57,735 bases of DNA from Candidatus Brockarchaeota archaeon (GTDB lineage: Archaea > Thermoproteota > EX4484-205 > JAAOZP01): the NCBI GenBank assembly GCA_017601395.1, contig JAFNIQ010000004.1, forward strand, positions 1-57,735, read 5' to 3'. A model generated the notes under the pieces. The model made no database searches, was not told where the DNA came from, and worked only from the letters and a program-made list of their open reading frames with translations. How positions within the stretch are numbered: position 1 is the first letter of the stretch; the number at the start of each line of letters is the position of its first letter. A program made the position numbers and the translations under genes. Shown in pieces: positions 1 through 8,677 of this stretch.

Positions 1-1
1 G

Positions 2-58
2 AAGGAGAAGGCCCCGAAGCCACCGTCTGAAGAAGGCGGAGCCGGGGAGCTGGACTAA
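2..58 (+). CDS. C-terminal fragment of a CDS cut by the window edge (product unknown)
   Basis: Frame 2 is open from the window edge (..KEKAPKPPSEEGGAGELD) and ends at TAA 56-58. T-tracts typical of archaeal terminators follow. Too short to assign. Confidence 0.25.
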   Translation, partial: KEKAPKPPSEEGGAGELD

Positions 59-115
59 GATCCTGAAAAACCTTCAAAAACCTTTTTTTCTCTCTAATTT
101 TTTTCAAGGTCCACG

Positions 116-412
116 CTAGTCCGGCTTATCCTCAAGCTTTTCAACGCTCTTAACAGCTTCAACGAGGCTTTCACACGCTACTCCAAACTCCTCGCTAAAC
201 TCTTTAAGAATGTTTAACTCTATTACTCTAGCTCCCGGGCCATACATTTTTTCAAGGCCCTTCACAAACTCCTCGGGCTTTTCAGGTATCTCCTCCCTCT
301 TCAAGCCGTATTCGTTTTCAATATACCAGTACACCACGTGTTTTACAGTTCCGCCTAGACGGCTTAAACCCTTGTCGACGCACTTTAAAACCCTATCGCT
401 GGGCTTCGTCAT
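116..412 (-). CDS. hypothetical small protein (98 aa)
   Basis: ATG-initiated ORF with a charged, helical-looking composition. No motif recognised. The + strand ORF 210..584 looks like its antisense shadow. Confidence 0.5.
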   Translation of the reverse strand: MTKPSDRVLKCVDKGLSRLGGTVKHVVYWYIENEYGLKREEIPEKPEEFVKGLEKMYGPGARVIELNILKEFSEEFGVACESLVEAVKSVEKLEDKPD

Positions 413-613
413 CTCAGGCTCATCCTACGTTGGGCTTCCAACAGTCTGTTTGAAAGGCCAGCGGGATGCTCTTAGCATACGGCATACTGGTTGCAGGCAC
501 GCCGCCCGCATATATTCTTTTTTTAACAGTGCGAAAACAATTTTGACAGTGTTTTTTCACGAGACGGCGTTAAGCCCGTCTTAAGACGATTGACTCAGCC
601 AAACGTGTGAGAA

Positions 614-687
614 TGCGGCGCCCGGGATTTGAACCCGGGATTCCCAGCTTGGGGGGCTGGTGTCATACCAGGCTAGACCAGCGCCGC
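614..687 (-). tRNA. tRNA-Gly (anticodon CCC), divergent copy with C at position 33
   Basis: The reverse complement GCGGCGCTGGTCTAGCCTGGTATGACACCAGCCCCCCAAGCTGGGAATCCCGGGTTCAAATCCCGGGCGCCGCA folds as a cloverleaf. It has acceptor GCGGCGC/GCGCCGC, anticodon stem CCAGC/GCTGG with loop CCCCCAA, T arm CCGGG-TTCAAAT-CCCGG and discriminator A. Confidence 0.8.
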
Positions 688-731
688 GGGTACCGGAGTT
701 AGAACAGGCTGGATGGTTAAAAGTTTTATCC
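688..731 (-). promoter_or_regulatory. tRNA-Gly promoter block (TATA-like AAACTTTTAA), identical to 17601..17644
   Basis: These 44 nt immediately upstream of the tRNA are identical to the 44 nt upstream of the second tRNA-Gly. The TATA-like element lies about 32-34 nt from the mature 5' end. Confidence 0.6.
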
Positions 732-969
732 CCAGGGGGAGTGAACGCTGCCTGGAAAGCATCACGCGTTTCGTTAAACCGTTTTAGCCAGGCGGTTCGT
801 TTAGATAAGGCTTATCTTTAAGCCCTGCCCGTGTTCCCCATGGGAAAGCTTAAAAGCTTCTGTTCTCAAGTATTGTTAACGCGGTGGAAGACGATGAATT
901 CTCTGGCCTTTGAGCCGTGTGCTCGTGATCTTGAGTTATGAGCTTCCACCGTAAGGAGGATGCTTAAGG

Positions 970-1911
970 TTGAGCCTCACTGAACCCGTGGGCGCGCCGC
1001 TGAAGGTTTCAGACGTCTCGTTTAAAAAAGGTGAGCACACGCTTCTTTCGAAGGCAAGCTTCGTCTTGGATAGTGCTGAAATACTCGGGATTGTTTCCAA
1101 CAGGACTGAGCCGGTCGAATGCCTTTTCAAGCTCCTGCTCCTCTTGGAGAGGCCTTCCTCAGGCAGCATAATATACTTCAACAACCCAAGGTTCAGCAGG
1201 AAGGATTTCAGCAGGAGGGTTGGGTTCTACTCTTGCACCATGAACCTGGTTGAAGACCTGACGGTCATGGAGAATTTTCTGCTAGCAGCTTCTTTACACG
1301 GCATGCCTAGGGAGAAGGCTGTTAAAAGGGTTGGGGAGCTGCTCTCCCTCTTCGAAGCGGCTAACTTTTCAAGGGTTAAATGGTCTAGGCTTTCCCTCTC
1401 CCTTAGGAGGAAGCTCTGCTTCGCCTCCGCTTTCATTCATGATCCGGCTGTGGTGCTTCTCTACGACCCGTTTAGGGGGGCGACGTACGATGTCGCCTCC
1501 TTCATGCGGAACTTCATAAAGACCTCGACGGACCTAGGTAAGGCTGTAGTCGTGTTTTCAACAGTGCCTGTTCTCCTAGACGATGTTTGCGACAGGGTGA
1601 TCATCTTCCACAACGGGCAGCAGGCCGTCTTAGACCATACTGAGAGCTTCGTCACCGGGGTGAGCGGCCCCGGCATGCTTTCGATACATGTCTCAGGCTT
1701 CAGCGTTGAAAACAACATTGAAATGCTTGAGAAAATGGGTGTAAGCTGGTATGCGACGGGTGAGAAGGAGGCGATAATAGAGTTGGAAAACACTCCGGAG
1801 AGAATTCAGAGGACTCTCGAGTTCCTGGTTAAGAGCAACGCTTCTGTGAACAAGATAGTCAGCAGCAGGCAGCACCTGCTTGAGTCCGCCAACAGGTTTA
1901 TGGAGGAGTGA
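970..1911 (+). CDS. ABC-transporter ATPase-like protein with degenerate catalytic motifs
   Basis: Overall ABC NBD layout with a TTG start. The Walker A position reads GIVSNRTEPVE (no GxxGxGK[ST]). The signature reads LSLSLRRK instead of LSGGQ. Walker B reads VVLLYDPF instead of hhhhDE. No H-loop His is present (VVFSTVPV). Confidence 0.65.
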   Translation: MSLTEPVGAPLKVSDVSFKKGEHTLLSKASFVLDSAEILGIVSNRTEPVECLFKLLLLLERPSSGSIIYFNNPRFSRKDFSRRVGFYSCTMNLVEDLTVMENFLLAASLHGMPREKAVKRVGELLSLFEAANFSRVKWSRLSLSLRRKLCFASAFIHDPAVVLLYDPFRGATYDVASFMRNFIKTSTDLGKAVVVFSTVPVLLDDVCDRVIIFHNGQQAVLDHTESFVTGVSGPGMLSIHVSGFSVENNIEMLEKMGVSWYATGEKEAIIELENTPERIQRTLEFLVKSNASVNKIVSSRQHLLESANRFMEE

Positions 1912-1917
1912 CGCGTC

Positions 1918-2616
1918 TTGGCTAGCCTTGTCGACCGGGAGCTGAAGTTCTTCTTCACCTCGCCGCTCTTCATAATGCTGGAGCTTGCTTCAACAGTATT
2001 TCTTTCTGCAATCATATATAATTATAAGTCTGATCTAGACATAATGCGGTTAATGGCTTTAGTGTGGATGATTATAGTTTTATATTCAACCTTTTTCGAG
2101 CTCGAGGTCTGGCGCGGGAATTTTTTAAATAAGGGTGTCAAGTTGAAACTTTATGTCAACACTTCAGAATATGCACCGTTCTTAGCACATTCCTTAGCCT
2201 CCCTTGTTCTCTTAGAGCTTAAAACACTTATAACACTTTTAGTAATTCTAACACCTTCGATACAGGTTCTGCCTTCTCCTTATGAGATGGGGTTCTTTGC
2301 TTTGGCGACGCATGCTTTTTGGCTTTTCGCATTATCAGTCGGATACATTGTTTCTAGAGAGGTTTTAAGGAAGCCTTCGAGATCCACTGCAATTTTCCTG
2401 TGCATGCTTATTTTCACCACAGTGGCGTTCAGCGTCATGGTGATGCTGCAGTATATTCGGTCATCGGATCAAGTGCCCTCACATGCTTTCTTCGGCTTAT
2501 TCAGTAGGCTTGATACATTCATACTGATAGTTCTGCTCGTTTCACTGCTGCTTTACGTCTTAGCCTTATATGCTTGCTCGCTGGAAGCCAAGAATATCCG
2601 TATCGACGATATTTAG
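1918..2616 (+). CDS. polytopic membrane protein, probable permease partner (ABC-2-like)
   Basis: 232 aa with about six hydrophobic segments. It starts 7 nt after the ABC-like gene on the same strand. Confidence 0.55.
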   Translation: MASLVDRELKFFFTSPLFIMLELASTVFLSAIIYNYKSDLDIMRLMALVWMIIVLYSTFFELEVWRGNFLNKGVKLKLYVNTSEYAPFLAHSLASLVLLELKTLITLLVILTPSIQVLPSPYEMGFFALATHAFWLFALSVGYIVSREVLRKPSRSTAIFLCMLIFTTVAFSVMVMLQYIRSSDQVPSHAFFGLFSRLDTFILIVLLVSLLLYVLALYACSLEAKNIRIDDI

Positions 2617-2632
2617 CCTGCTTAAGGGAAAG

Positions 2633-2808
2633 GTTAATATAGGCCTCCCTGTGCGCACACTGCTTAGGAGGTGCGCTGAGTGTACCATAGTATTCACGCT
2701 CCAAGGGGGCGGGACACCGTCCGCCAACTGCAGGAGTCCCTCTGCAAGCCAAGCCTCCGCTAGGGGAACAAGGGTTTTCGAAAGGCTTTTTGCCGGGGGT
2801 GTTGTAAA
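2633..2808 (+). promoter_or_regulatory. ilvB promoter plus long 5' leader with blocks shared with the leuA leader
   Basis: TATA GTTAATATAG lies at 2633-2642 and an 8-bp palindrome GTGCGCAC at 2651-2658. AGGAGGTG lies at 2666-2673 and the box CCAAGGGGGCGGGAC at 2701-2715. A local hairpin GGCGGGAC-ACC-GTCCGCC follows, and a second SD (GGGGGTG) precedes the ilvB ATG at 2809. Confidence 0.55.
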
Positions 2809-4482
2809 ATGGTTTCAGGGTCTAGGCTGCTAGTGGAGAAGCTGAGGGAGAACGGGGTTAAAACCATCTTCGGAGTGCCTGGTGGGGCTGTGCTCCCATT
2901 CCTAGACGAGCTGTATAAGGCGAGCGACATAGAGTTCATTCTGACGAGGCATGAGCAGGGTGCTGCCCACATGGCTGACGGCTATGCCCGGGCGACCGGC
3001 ATGGTTGGCGTCGTCGTCGCGACTTCAGGGCCTGGCGCAACAAATCTTGCCACGGGGATTGCCAACGCCTACCTTGATTCCTCGCCGGTTTTAAGCATAG
3101 CCGGCCAGGTTGCGACGCCGCTCATAGGCTACGACGGCTTCCAGGAGGCTAATGTTTTCTCCATGATGATAGGGTTGACTAAGATGAACTTTCTACCTAG
3201 GGATTTGAACGAGCTTAACTCCGCCTTAGAGAACGCTTTCAAAATAGCCTTATCCGGAAGGCCTGGGCCTGTCCACATAGATGTCCCTAGGGATGTTCAG
3301 CTTATGGAGGGTGAGCCTGACGATGATTTCTACGTTTACTCTTATGCTCCCCCTTCTCCTTCCGACGAGGAGATTCTAGCAGCATCCAGGATGCTGGTTG
3401 AGGCTGAGAGGCCTGTGTTCATCGCCGGCGGCGGAGTCATAATATCAGGCGCATCCAGCGAGCTTGTTGCTCTCGCAGAGCTTCTAAACGCTCCCGTGGC
3501 GACGACGCTGATGGGTAAGGGGTGTATTCCCGAGGATCACCCGTTGTCTCTAGGCATAGTTGGGATGCACGGGAGGCTTGCCGCGATCAAGGCTGTTCAG
3601 GAGAGCGACCTTGTTTTCGCAGTGGGAATGAGGTTCAGCGACAGGACCACGGGTAAGCTAAGCGGCTTCGCCCCGGGGGCTAGGAAGATTCATGTTGACA
3701 TAGATAGGTCTGAGATCGGGAAGCTGCTTAAGCCCGACCTAGGCGTCGCCGGCGACGCTAAGCAGGTTTTAAGCAGGATCCGCAGCACGGTTCTCAGGCT
3801 TTTCCAGAAGGGTAAGGCTGGCACGTGGGGTGAAAGGGTGAGGCGGCTTAAGAAGGAGTCCGAGTTCCTCTATGATTACGATGCTGTCCCGGTTGACCCG
3901 AGTGCCGCCGTCAGGGTTTTGAACGACTATGTTAGGGCTGAAGACTTCGTGACGACGGAGGTGGGCCAGTGCCAGATGTATGCTTCGCTCCACTTCACAG
4001 CCAAGCGTCCAAGACAGTTCATATCCTCCGGCGGTCTTGGCACAATGGGCTTCGGGCTTCCGGCTGCGATCGGGGTTAAGGCAGCCTTCCCGGGGAGCCG
4101 TGTCTTCGACGTAGCTGGGGACGGGAGCTTCTTTATGACTTGCAACCAGCTTCCGGTTTCAGTAGACTATAATCTGCCGATCATAGTAATTGTTCTCAAC
4201 AATTATTTCCTGGGGATGGTTAGGCAGTGGCAGGAGCTTTTCTACGGAAGAAGGTATATTGCTGTGGACTTGAAGGGTAGGGCTGACATAGCTAGGGTTT
4301 CAGAGGGCTTCGGCGCCAGAGGGTTTAAAGTGACTAGGATAAGCGAGCTTAAAGAGGCTCTTGAGACCGCTTTGAAGCAGGATGAGGCGACTGTGTTGGA
4401 CGTTATTGTTGAGAGGGAGGATAATGTTTTCCCAATGGTTCCCCCGGCTTCCCCGCTTGACAGCGTCATCGTAAGGAGGTAG
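2809..4482 (+). CDS. ilvB: acetolactate synthase large (catalytic) subunit, TPP-dependent
   Basis: 557 aa with typical AHAS/TPP-enzyme N-terminus (GVKTIFGVPGGAVLPFLD, HEQGAAHMADGYARATG). TPP-binding region GLGTMGFGLPAAIG..GDGSF. Followed by ilvN, ilvC and ilvD. Confidence 0.93.
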   Translation: MVSGSRLLVEKLRENGVKTIFGVPGGAVLPFLDELYKASDIEFILTRHEQGAAHMADGYARATGMVGVVVATSGPGATNLATGIANAYLDSSPVLSIAGQVATPLIGYDGFQEANVFSMMIGLTKMNFLPRDLNELNSALENAFKIALSGRPGPVHIDVPRDVQLMEGEPDDDFYVYSYAPPSPSDEEILAASRMLVEAERPVFIAGGGVIISGASSELVALAELLNAPVATTLMGKGCIPEDHPLSLGIVGMHGRLAAIKAVQESDLVFAVGMRFSDRTTGKLSGFAPGARKIHVDIDRSEIGKLLKPDLGVAGDAKQVLSRIRSTVLRLFQKGKAGTWGERVRRLKKESEFLYDYDAVPVDPSAAVRVLNDYVRAEDFVTTEVGQCQMYASLHFTAKRPRQFISSGGLGTMGFGLPAAIGVKAAFPGSRVFDVAGDGSFFMTCNQLPVSVDYNLPIIVIVLNNYFLGMVRQWQELFYGRRYIAVDLKGRADIARVSEGFGARGFKVTRISELKEALETALKQDEATVLDVIVEREDNVFPMVPPASPLDSVIVRR

Positions 4483-4489
4483 GGCACGA

Positions 4490-4978
4490 ATGGCTTCAGA
4501 TGGGAATAAGAGGTTCATCGTGCTCAGGGTTCTCAACATGCCCGGCGTGATGGAGAGAATATCATCAATATTCGCGAGGAGGGCGATAAACATTGACACG
4601 ATCACTGTAGGCATGGTTAACGGAAAGACCTCTGAGATATCGCTGACCTTCAGCCTGCCACAGGAGAAGTTTGAAAACATCGTGAAGGTTCTTGAGAAAA
4701 ACCCGTGCGTCTTCGAGGTTAAGACGGGTTCTCTGGAGTACGACGTGATAAGGGAGGCCTTCGTAGCCGTGCTGAAGGATTGCGACACGAGTGTGAGCGA
4801 CTATATTAGGGTCAGGTATAGGGCTAGGACAACCCTGCTCAGCGGCTCCAGGCTTCTAGTAGAGCTCCTAGCCGACCCTAGGACGGTTGACGATTTCAAG
4901 GAGGAGTTTAAAGACCGTATTGAAAGCTTCTCGAGGAGCGGCGTGATGATTCACACTCTGAACCGTTTCAGAAAGTAA
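4490..4978 (+). CDS. ilvN: acetolactate synthase small (regulatory) subunit, ACT domain
   Basis: 162 aa. N-terminal ACT-type motif FIVLRVLNMPGVMERISSIFARRAINIDTITVG. Lies immediately downstream of ilvB. Confidence 0.85.
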   Translation: MASDGNKRFIVLRVLNMPGVMERISSIFARRAINIDTITVGMVNGKTSEISLTFSLPQEKFENIVKVLEKNPCVFEVKTGSLEYDVIREAFVAVLKDCDTSVSDYIRVRYRARTTLLSGSRLLVELLADPRTVDDFKEEFKDRIESFSRSGVMIHTLNRFRK

Positions 4979-5023
4979 AAAGCTTAAAAGAAAACGCGGC
5001 CGTGGAGTAGGGGTGACTGAGGG

Positions 5024-6007
5024 ATGGCTAGGATAATAAGGGATGACGAGATAAGCATTGAGCTGATTAAGAATAAGACTGTAGCCGTAATAGGCTACGG
5101 CTCCCAGGGTGAGGCTCAGGCTAAGAACATTAGGGACAGCGGCGTTAAGACGATAATAGGCTTGAGAAGAGAAGGCGCATCGTGGAAAAAGGCTTCCGAG
5201 GATGGTTTCGAAGTCTACGAGATAGGCGAGGCCGTTAAGAGGAGCAGCATTATTCTCATGCTAATACCTGATCCTGCTCAGCCTGCTGTCTACAGGGATC
5301 ATGTTGAGCCGAATGTTTCAAAGGGTTCAACACTGGTTTTCGCGCATGCTTTCAACGTTCACTACAGGCAGATAGTTCCCTCCCCCTGGCTTGACGTTGT
5401 ACTCGTGGCTCCTAAGGCGCCAGGCCCCGCGTTAAGGGACGCGTATGTCCGCGGAACCGGGGTCCCCGGCTTGATAGCTGTCCACCAGGATTACACTGGT
5501 AATGCTTCGAGAACAGTCAGGGAGGTTGCTAAGGCTGTTGGGCTGAGTAGAATCGGCCTGATAGAGACCTCCTTCAAGGAGGAGGTTGAGACAGACCTTT
5601 TCGGCGAGCAGGCTGTTCTCTGCGGCGGGGTCTCGTCGCTCATTAAAAGCGGCTTCGAAATCCTTGTTGAAGCAGGATACCAGCCTGAGGTTGCGTACTT
5701 CGAGGTTTTAAACGAGCTGAAGCTTATCGTCGACCTCATCTGGTCTAAAGGCTTATCCGGCATGTGGCAGGCTGTCAGCGACACCGCTAAGTACGGCGGT
5801 CTTACGCGCGGCCCACTCCTTATAGACGAGGATGTTAAGAGGAAGATGAGGAAGCTTCTTGAAGACGTTCAGACAGGTGTTTTCGCAAGGGAGTGGATAC
5901 TGGAGAACAGTTCCAACCAGGTTGTTCTGAAGACTCTTGTCGAAAGGGAGAGAAACCACATGATAGAGACAGTTGGGAGGAAAATAAGGTCGATGGTGTA
6001 CGGTTGA
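5024..6007 (+). CDS. ilvC: ketol-acid reductoisomerase
   Basis: 327 aa class I KARI. NADPH site VAVIGYGSQGEAQAKNIRDSG and the conserved block FGEQAVLCGG. Confidence 0.93.
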   Translation: MARIIRDDEISIELIKNKTVAVIGYGSQGEAQAKNIRDSGVKTIIGLRREGASWKKASEDGFEVYEIGEAVKRSSIILMLIPDPAQPAVYRDHVEPNVSKGSTLVFAHAFNVHYRQIVPSPWLDVVLVAPKAPGPALRDAYVRGTGVPGLIAVHQDYTGNASRTVREVAKAVGLSRIGLIETSFKEEVETDLFGEQAVLCGGVSSLIKSGFEILVEAGYQPEVAYFEVLNELKLIVDLIWSKGLSGMWQAVSDTAKYGGLTRGPLLIDEDVKRKMRKLLEDVQTGVFAREWILENSSNQVVLKTLVERERNHMIETVGRKIRSMVYG

Positions 6008-6014
6008 GAAAGGC

Positions 6015-7649
6015 TTGATGAGGAGCGACGCTGTAAAGAAGGGTGTGGACAGGGCTCCGCACAGGGCTCTGCTCCACGCCCTAGGATTGAGAAACGAGGA
6101 TTTCGACAAGCCTTTCATAGGCGTAGTTAACTCCTACACTAACGTTGTGCCGGGGCATGTTCACCTCGACGTGATCGCGGAAAACGTTTCCAAGGGTGTT
6201 AGAGACGGAGGCGGAGTTCCCTTCGTCTTCAACACGATCGCCGTCTGCGACGGTATTGCTATGAACCATGATGGGATGAGGTTCTCGCTGCCTAGCAGGG
6301 AGGTTATCGCGGACACGGTTGAGATAATGGTTTCGGCACACATGTTCGACGCCCTGGTCTTCATATCCTCGTGCGACAAGATTGTCCCCGGCCACCTGCT
6401 GGCGGCGGCAAGGCTGAACCTTCCATCCATATTCGTCACAGGCGGCCCCATGTATCCGGGCGTGTTCAAGGGGAGGAGGGTGGACCTGGTTTCAGTCTTC
6501 GAGGCCCTGGGAGAGTACCGTGAGGGGAGGATTACGCTTGAGGAGCTGAGGGAGTTTGAACGGGTCGCCTGCCCGGGTGCCGGGAGCTGCGCCGGCCTGT
6601 TCACCGCGAACACTATGGCCTGCCTTGTTGAGGCAATGGGCCTGTCGCTCCCGGGCATGGCTGCTACTCACGCTGAGGACGAGGGTAAGAAGACTCTCGC
6701 ATACGAGTCAGGGAGGAGGATAGTTGGGCTCTGGAGGGAGGGCTTAAGGTTCAAGGATATTGTTAAGCCTGAAAGCGTCGTCAACGCGATAATTGTCGAC
6801 AATGCTCTAGGAGGCTCCACCAACACTGTTCTCCATCTGAGTGCTCTAGCCAAGGAGGCTGGCTACGAGCTTTCGCTGAAGGCTTTCGACGAGCTGAGCA
6901 GGAGGATACCTACGCTGGTTCTGATGAGGCCGTCTGGCGAAGGGCTCATGTTTGACTTTTACAACGCTGGCGGAGTCCCCTCGCTTATGAGAGTCCTTAG
7001 AAAACATCTTAACCTTGATGTTCTAACCGTTACTGGTAAAAGCCTCAGGCAGCTTGTTGAAGAGTTTCCTGATCCGAGGGGCACGTTCATACGTTCCCCG
7101 GATAACCCTTACAGGAGTGAAGGGGGCATAGCGGTGCTATGGGGATCCCTGGCGCCAGAGGGTGCTGTGATTAAGCTCGCCGGGACTCCTGTTCAGCTTA
7201 GAACGTTCAGAGGCAGGGCTAGGGTTTTCAACTCTGAGGAGGAGGCTGTTGAAGCTCTTGAGAAAGAGGATTTCACGGTGAACACCGTGGTTGTCGTGCG
7301 CTACGAGGGGCTTTTAGGCGGCCCAGGGATGCGTGAAATGCTCATGCCAACTTCGCTAATAGTTGGAAGGAAGCTTGTTGAAAGGGTTGCGCTTGTCACT
7401 GACGGAAGGTTCTCCGGCGGCACGAGCGGTATTGCGGTAGGCCATGTTTCTCCGGAGGCGTACACTGGCGGACCCATAGCGCTCGTGGAGGATGGCGACG
7501 AGATACTTGTAGACGTGCCGGGCAGGAGGCTTGACCTGCTCGTCAACAGTGATGATCTTGAAGAAAGGAGGCGGAAATGGGCTCCGCCGGCTAAGAAGCT
7601 TGAAAGCCGGTTTCTAGCTAAGCTGAGGGGAAACAGGTTTTTCACCTAG
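6015..7649 (+). CDS. ilvD: dihydroxy-acid dehydratase
   Basis: 544 aa IlvD/Edd family. Motifs CDGIAMNHDGMRFSLPSRE, CDKIVPG and TDGRFSGGT. Confidence 0.93.
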   Translation: MMRSDAVKKGVDRAPHRALLHALGLRNEDFDKPFIGVVNSYTNVVPGHVHLDVIAENVSKGVRDGGGVPFVFNTIAVCDGIAMNHDGMRFSLPSREVIADTVEIMVSAHMFDALVFISSCDKIVPGHLLAAARLNLPSIFVTGGPMYPGVFKGRRVDLVSVFEALGEYREGRITLEELREFERVACPGAGSCAGLFTANTMACLVEAMGLSLPGMAATHAEDEGKKTLAYESGRRIVGLWREGLRFKDIVKPESVVNAIIVDNALGGSTNTVLHLSALAKEAGYELSLKAFDELSRRIPTLVLMRPSGEGLMFDFYNAGGVPSLMRVLRKHLNLDVLTVTGKSLRQLVEEFPDPRGTFIRSPDNPYRSEGGIAVLWGSLAPEGAVIKLAGTPVQLRTFRGRARVFNSEEEAVEALEKEDFTVNTVVVVRYEGLLGGPGMREMLMPTSLIVGRKLVERVALVTDGRFSGGTSGIAVGHVSPEAYTGGPIALVEDGDEILVDVPGRRLDLLVNSDDLEERRRKWAPPAKKLESRFLAKLRGNRFFT

Positions 7650-7652
7650 CCG

Positions 7653-8669
7653 ATGTCTGCAGCATGCTCAAAGGGTTTTTCGGTTAAGCTTGACCGTTTC
7701 GCAACCATTCGCCTGAGAGAAGGGGAAAAGCTTCTGAAAATAGGCTCCGATGAGGCTTTGGACTATCTTTTCATATCTCACGCTCACTTCGACCACCTGG
7801 GTAAGTCTGAAGCTAGGAGAACACTGGCGGTATGCTCGGAGGAGACTCTTCTGCTCTCGACTCTAAGGGGGCTTGAAGTCAAGCGTGCCGAGCAGAATCC
7901 TTTCATTCTTCTGGACTCAGGCCATATTCTAGGGTCTAAAGCCCTGCTCGTGGAAACCGATATGGGTGGAATACTGTACACGGGGGACGTTAACACTTCA
8001 CCGGTTGAAAGCATACCTAGGCAACGCTTCCCGAGGGTTCACACGCTGATAATAGAGTCTAACTACGGTCGTCCCAGCCTGGTTTTCCCCCCGAGGAGAC
8101 AGCTGATAGGTGAGATTGTCGACTACGTGAGTGAAACAGTCAGGAAGGGAAGGCCAATGGTTCTAATGGGGTATCCGCTGGGCAAGTCTCAGCATGTTCA
8201 AATGGTTCTTGATCCTGTTCTCCAGGGTGTTGTTGAAACATATGTTTCACCATCAATAGCTGAGTATAACAATGTGTACAGGCTTTTCTCCGTGGGAATA
8301 GGGGGGAAGAAGGTTTTCACACCTCAGTCCACGGAGCTGCCGGACGGCTCCTGGGCTCTATACTATCCAAATGTCTCAGGCAGGAATGCTTTCATGCAGC
8401 TTGTCAAAAGAAAGTATGGGGCTGTCTTCATAAGCTTCTCAGGCAGGTCGCTTTTCAACTGGTACAGCGAGGCGCTGGGCGTGGACAAGGCTTTCCCGTT
8501 GAGCGACCATGCTGATTTCAACGGCCTGATGGAAATCGTTAGGGAAACAAGTCCGGAGAAGGTTTTCACAGTCCATGGTTTCCCAGAGGAGTTTTCCAGG
8601 GAGCTTAGGAGGCTCGGCTACGATTCTAAACCAATACGTCCAAGCATGGAGGCCAGCTTCAGGCTTTAG
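7653..8669 (+). CDS. MBL-fold hydrolase, short beta-CASP-like nuclease
   Basis: HxHxDH motif (ISHAHFDHLG) and C-terminal LSDHADF..VHG, as in beta-CASP motifs. 338 aa. Starts 3 nt after the ilvD stop. Confidence 0.7.
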   Translation: MSAACSKGFSVKLDRFATIRLREGEKLLKIGSDEALDYLFISHAHFDHLGKSEARRTLAVCSEETLLLSTLRGLEVKRAEQNPFILLDSGHILGSKALLVETDMGGILYTGDVNTSPVESIPRQRFPRVHTLIIESNYGRPSLVFPPRRQLIGEIVDYVSETVRKGRPMVLMGYPLGKSQHVQMVLDPVLQGVVETYVSPSIAEYNNVYRLFSVGIGGKKVFTPQSTELPDGSWALYYPNVSGRNAFMQLVKRKYGAVFISFSGRSLFNWYSEALGVDKAFPLSDHADFNGLMEIVRETSPEKVFTVHGFPEEFSRELRRLGYDSKPIRPSMEASFRL

Positions 8670-8677
8670 AGTCTTTT

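Noticed and set aside
2674-2763. Classical attenuation leader peptide rich in Leu/Ile/Val in the ilv and leu leaders
   Set aside because: The candidate uORF peptides contain no runs of branched-chain residues. No terminator/antiterminator pair ending in a U-tract was evident.
2570-2833. 87-aa plus-strand ORF spanning the ilvB leader
   Set aside because: It starts inside the upstream permease gene and reads across the ilvB start in another frame. It is Gly/Ser/Ala-rich with no start signals. The shorter uORF in the third frame is the one supported by comparison with the leuA leader.
4300-4788. Long antisense ORFs inside strongly supported genes (also 210..584, 6161..6658, 10458..10877, 10908..11354, 13324..13890, 14886..15419, 43442..43894, 44313..44765, 55439..55870, 56083..56535)
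   Set aside because: Each overlaps a gene with clear family motifs on the other strand. Their products are Ser/Pro/Leu/Thr-rich low-complexity strings typical of antisense frames in moderately GC-rich DNA.
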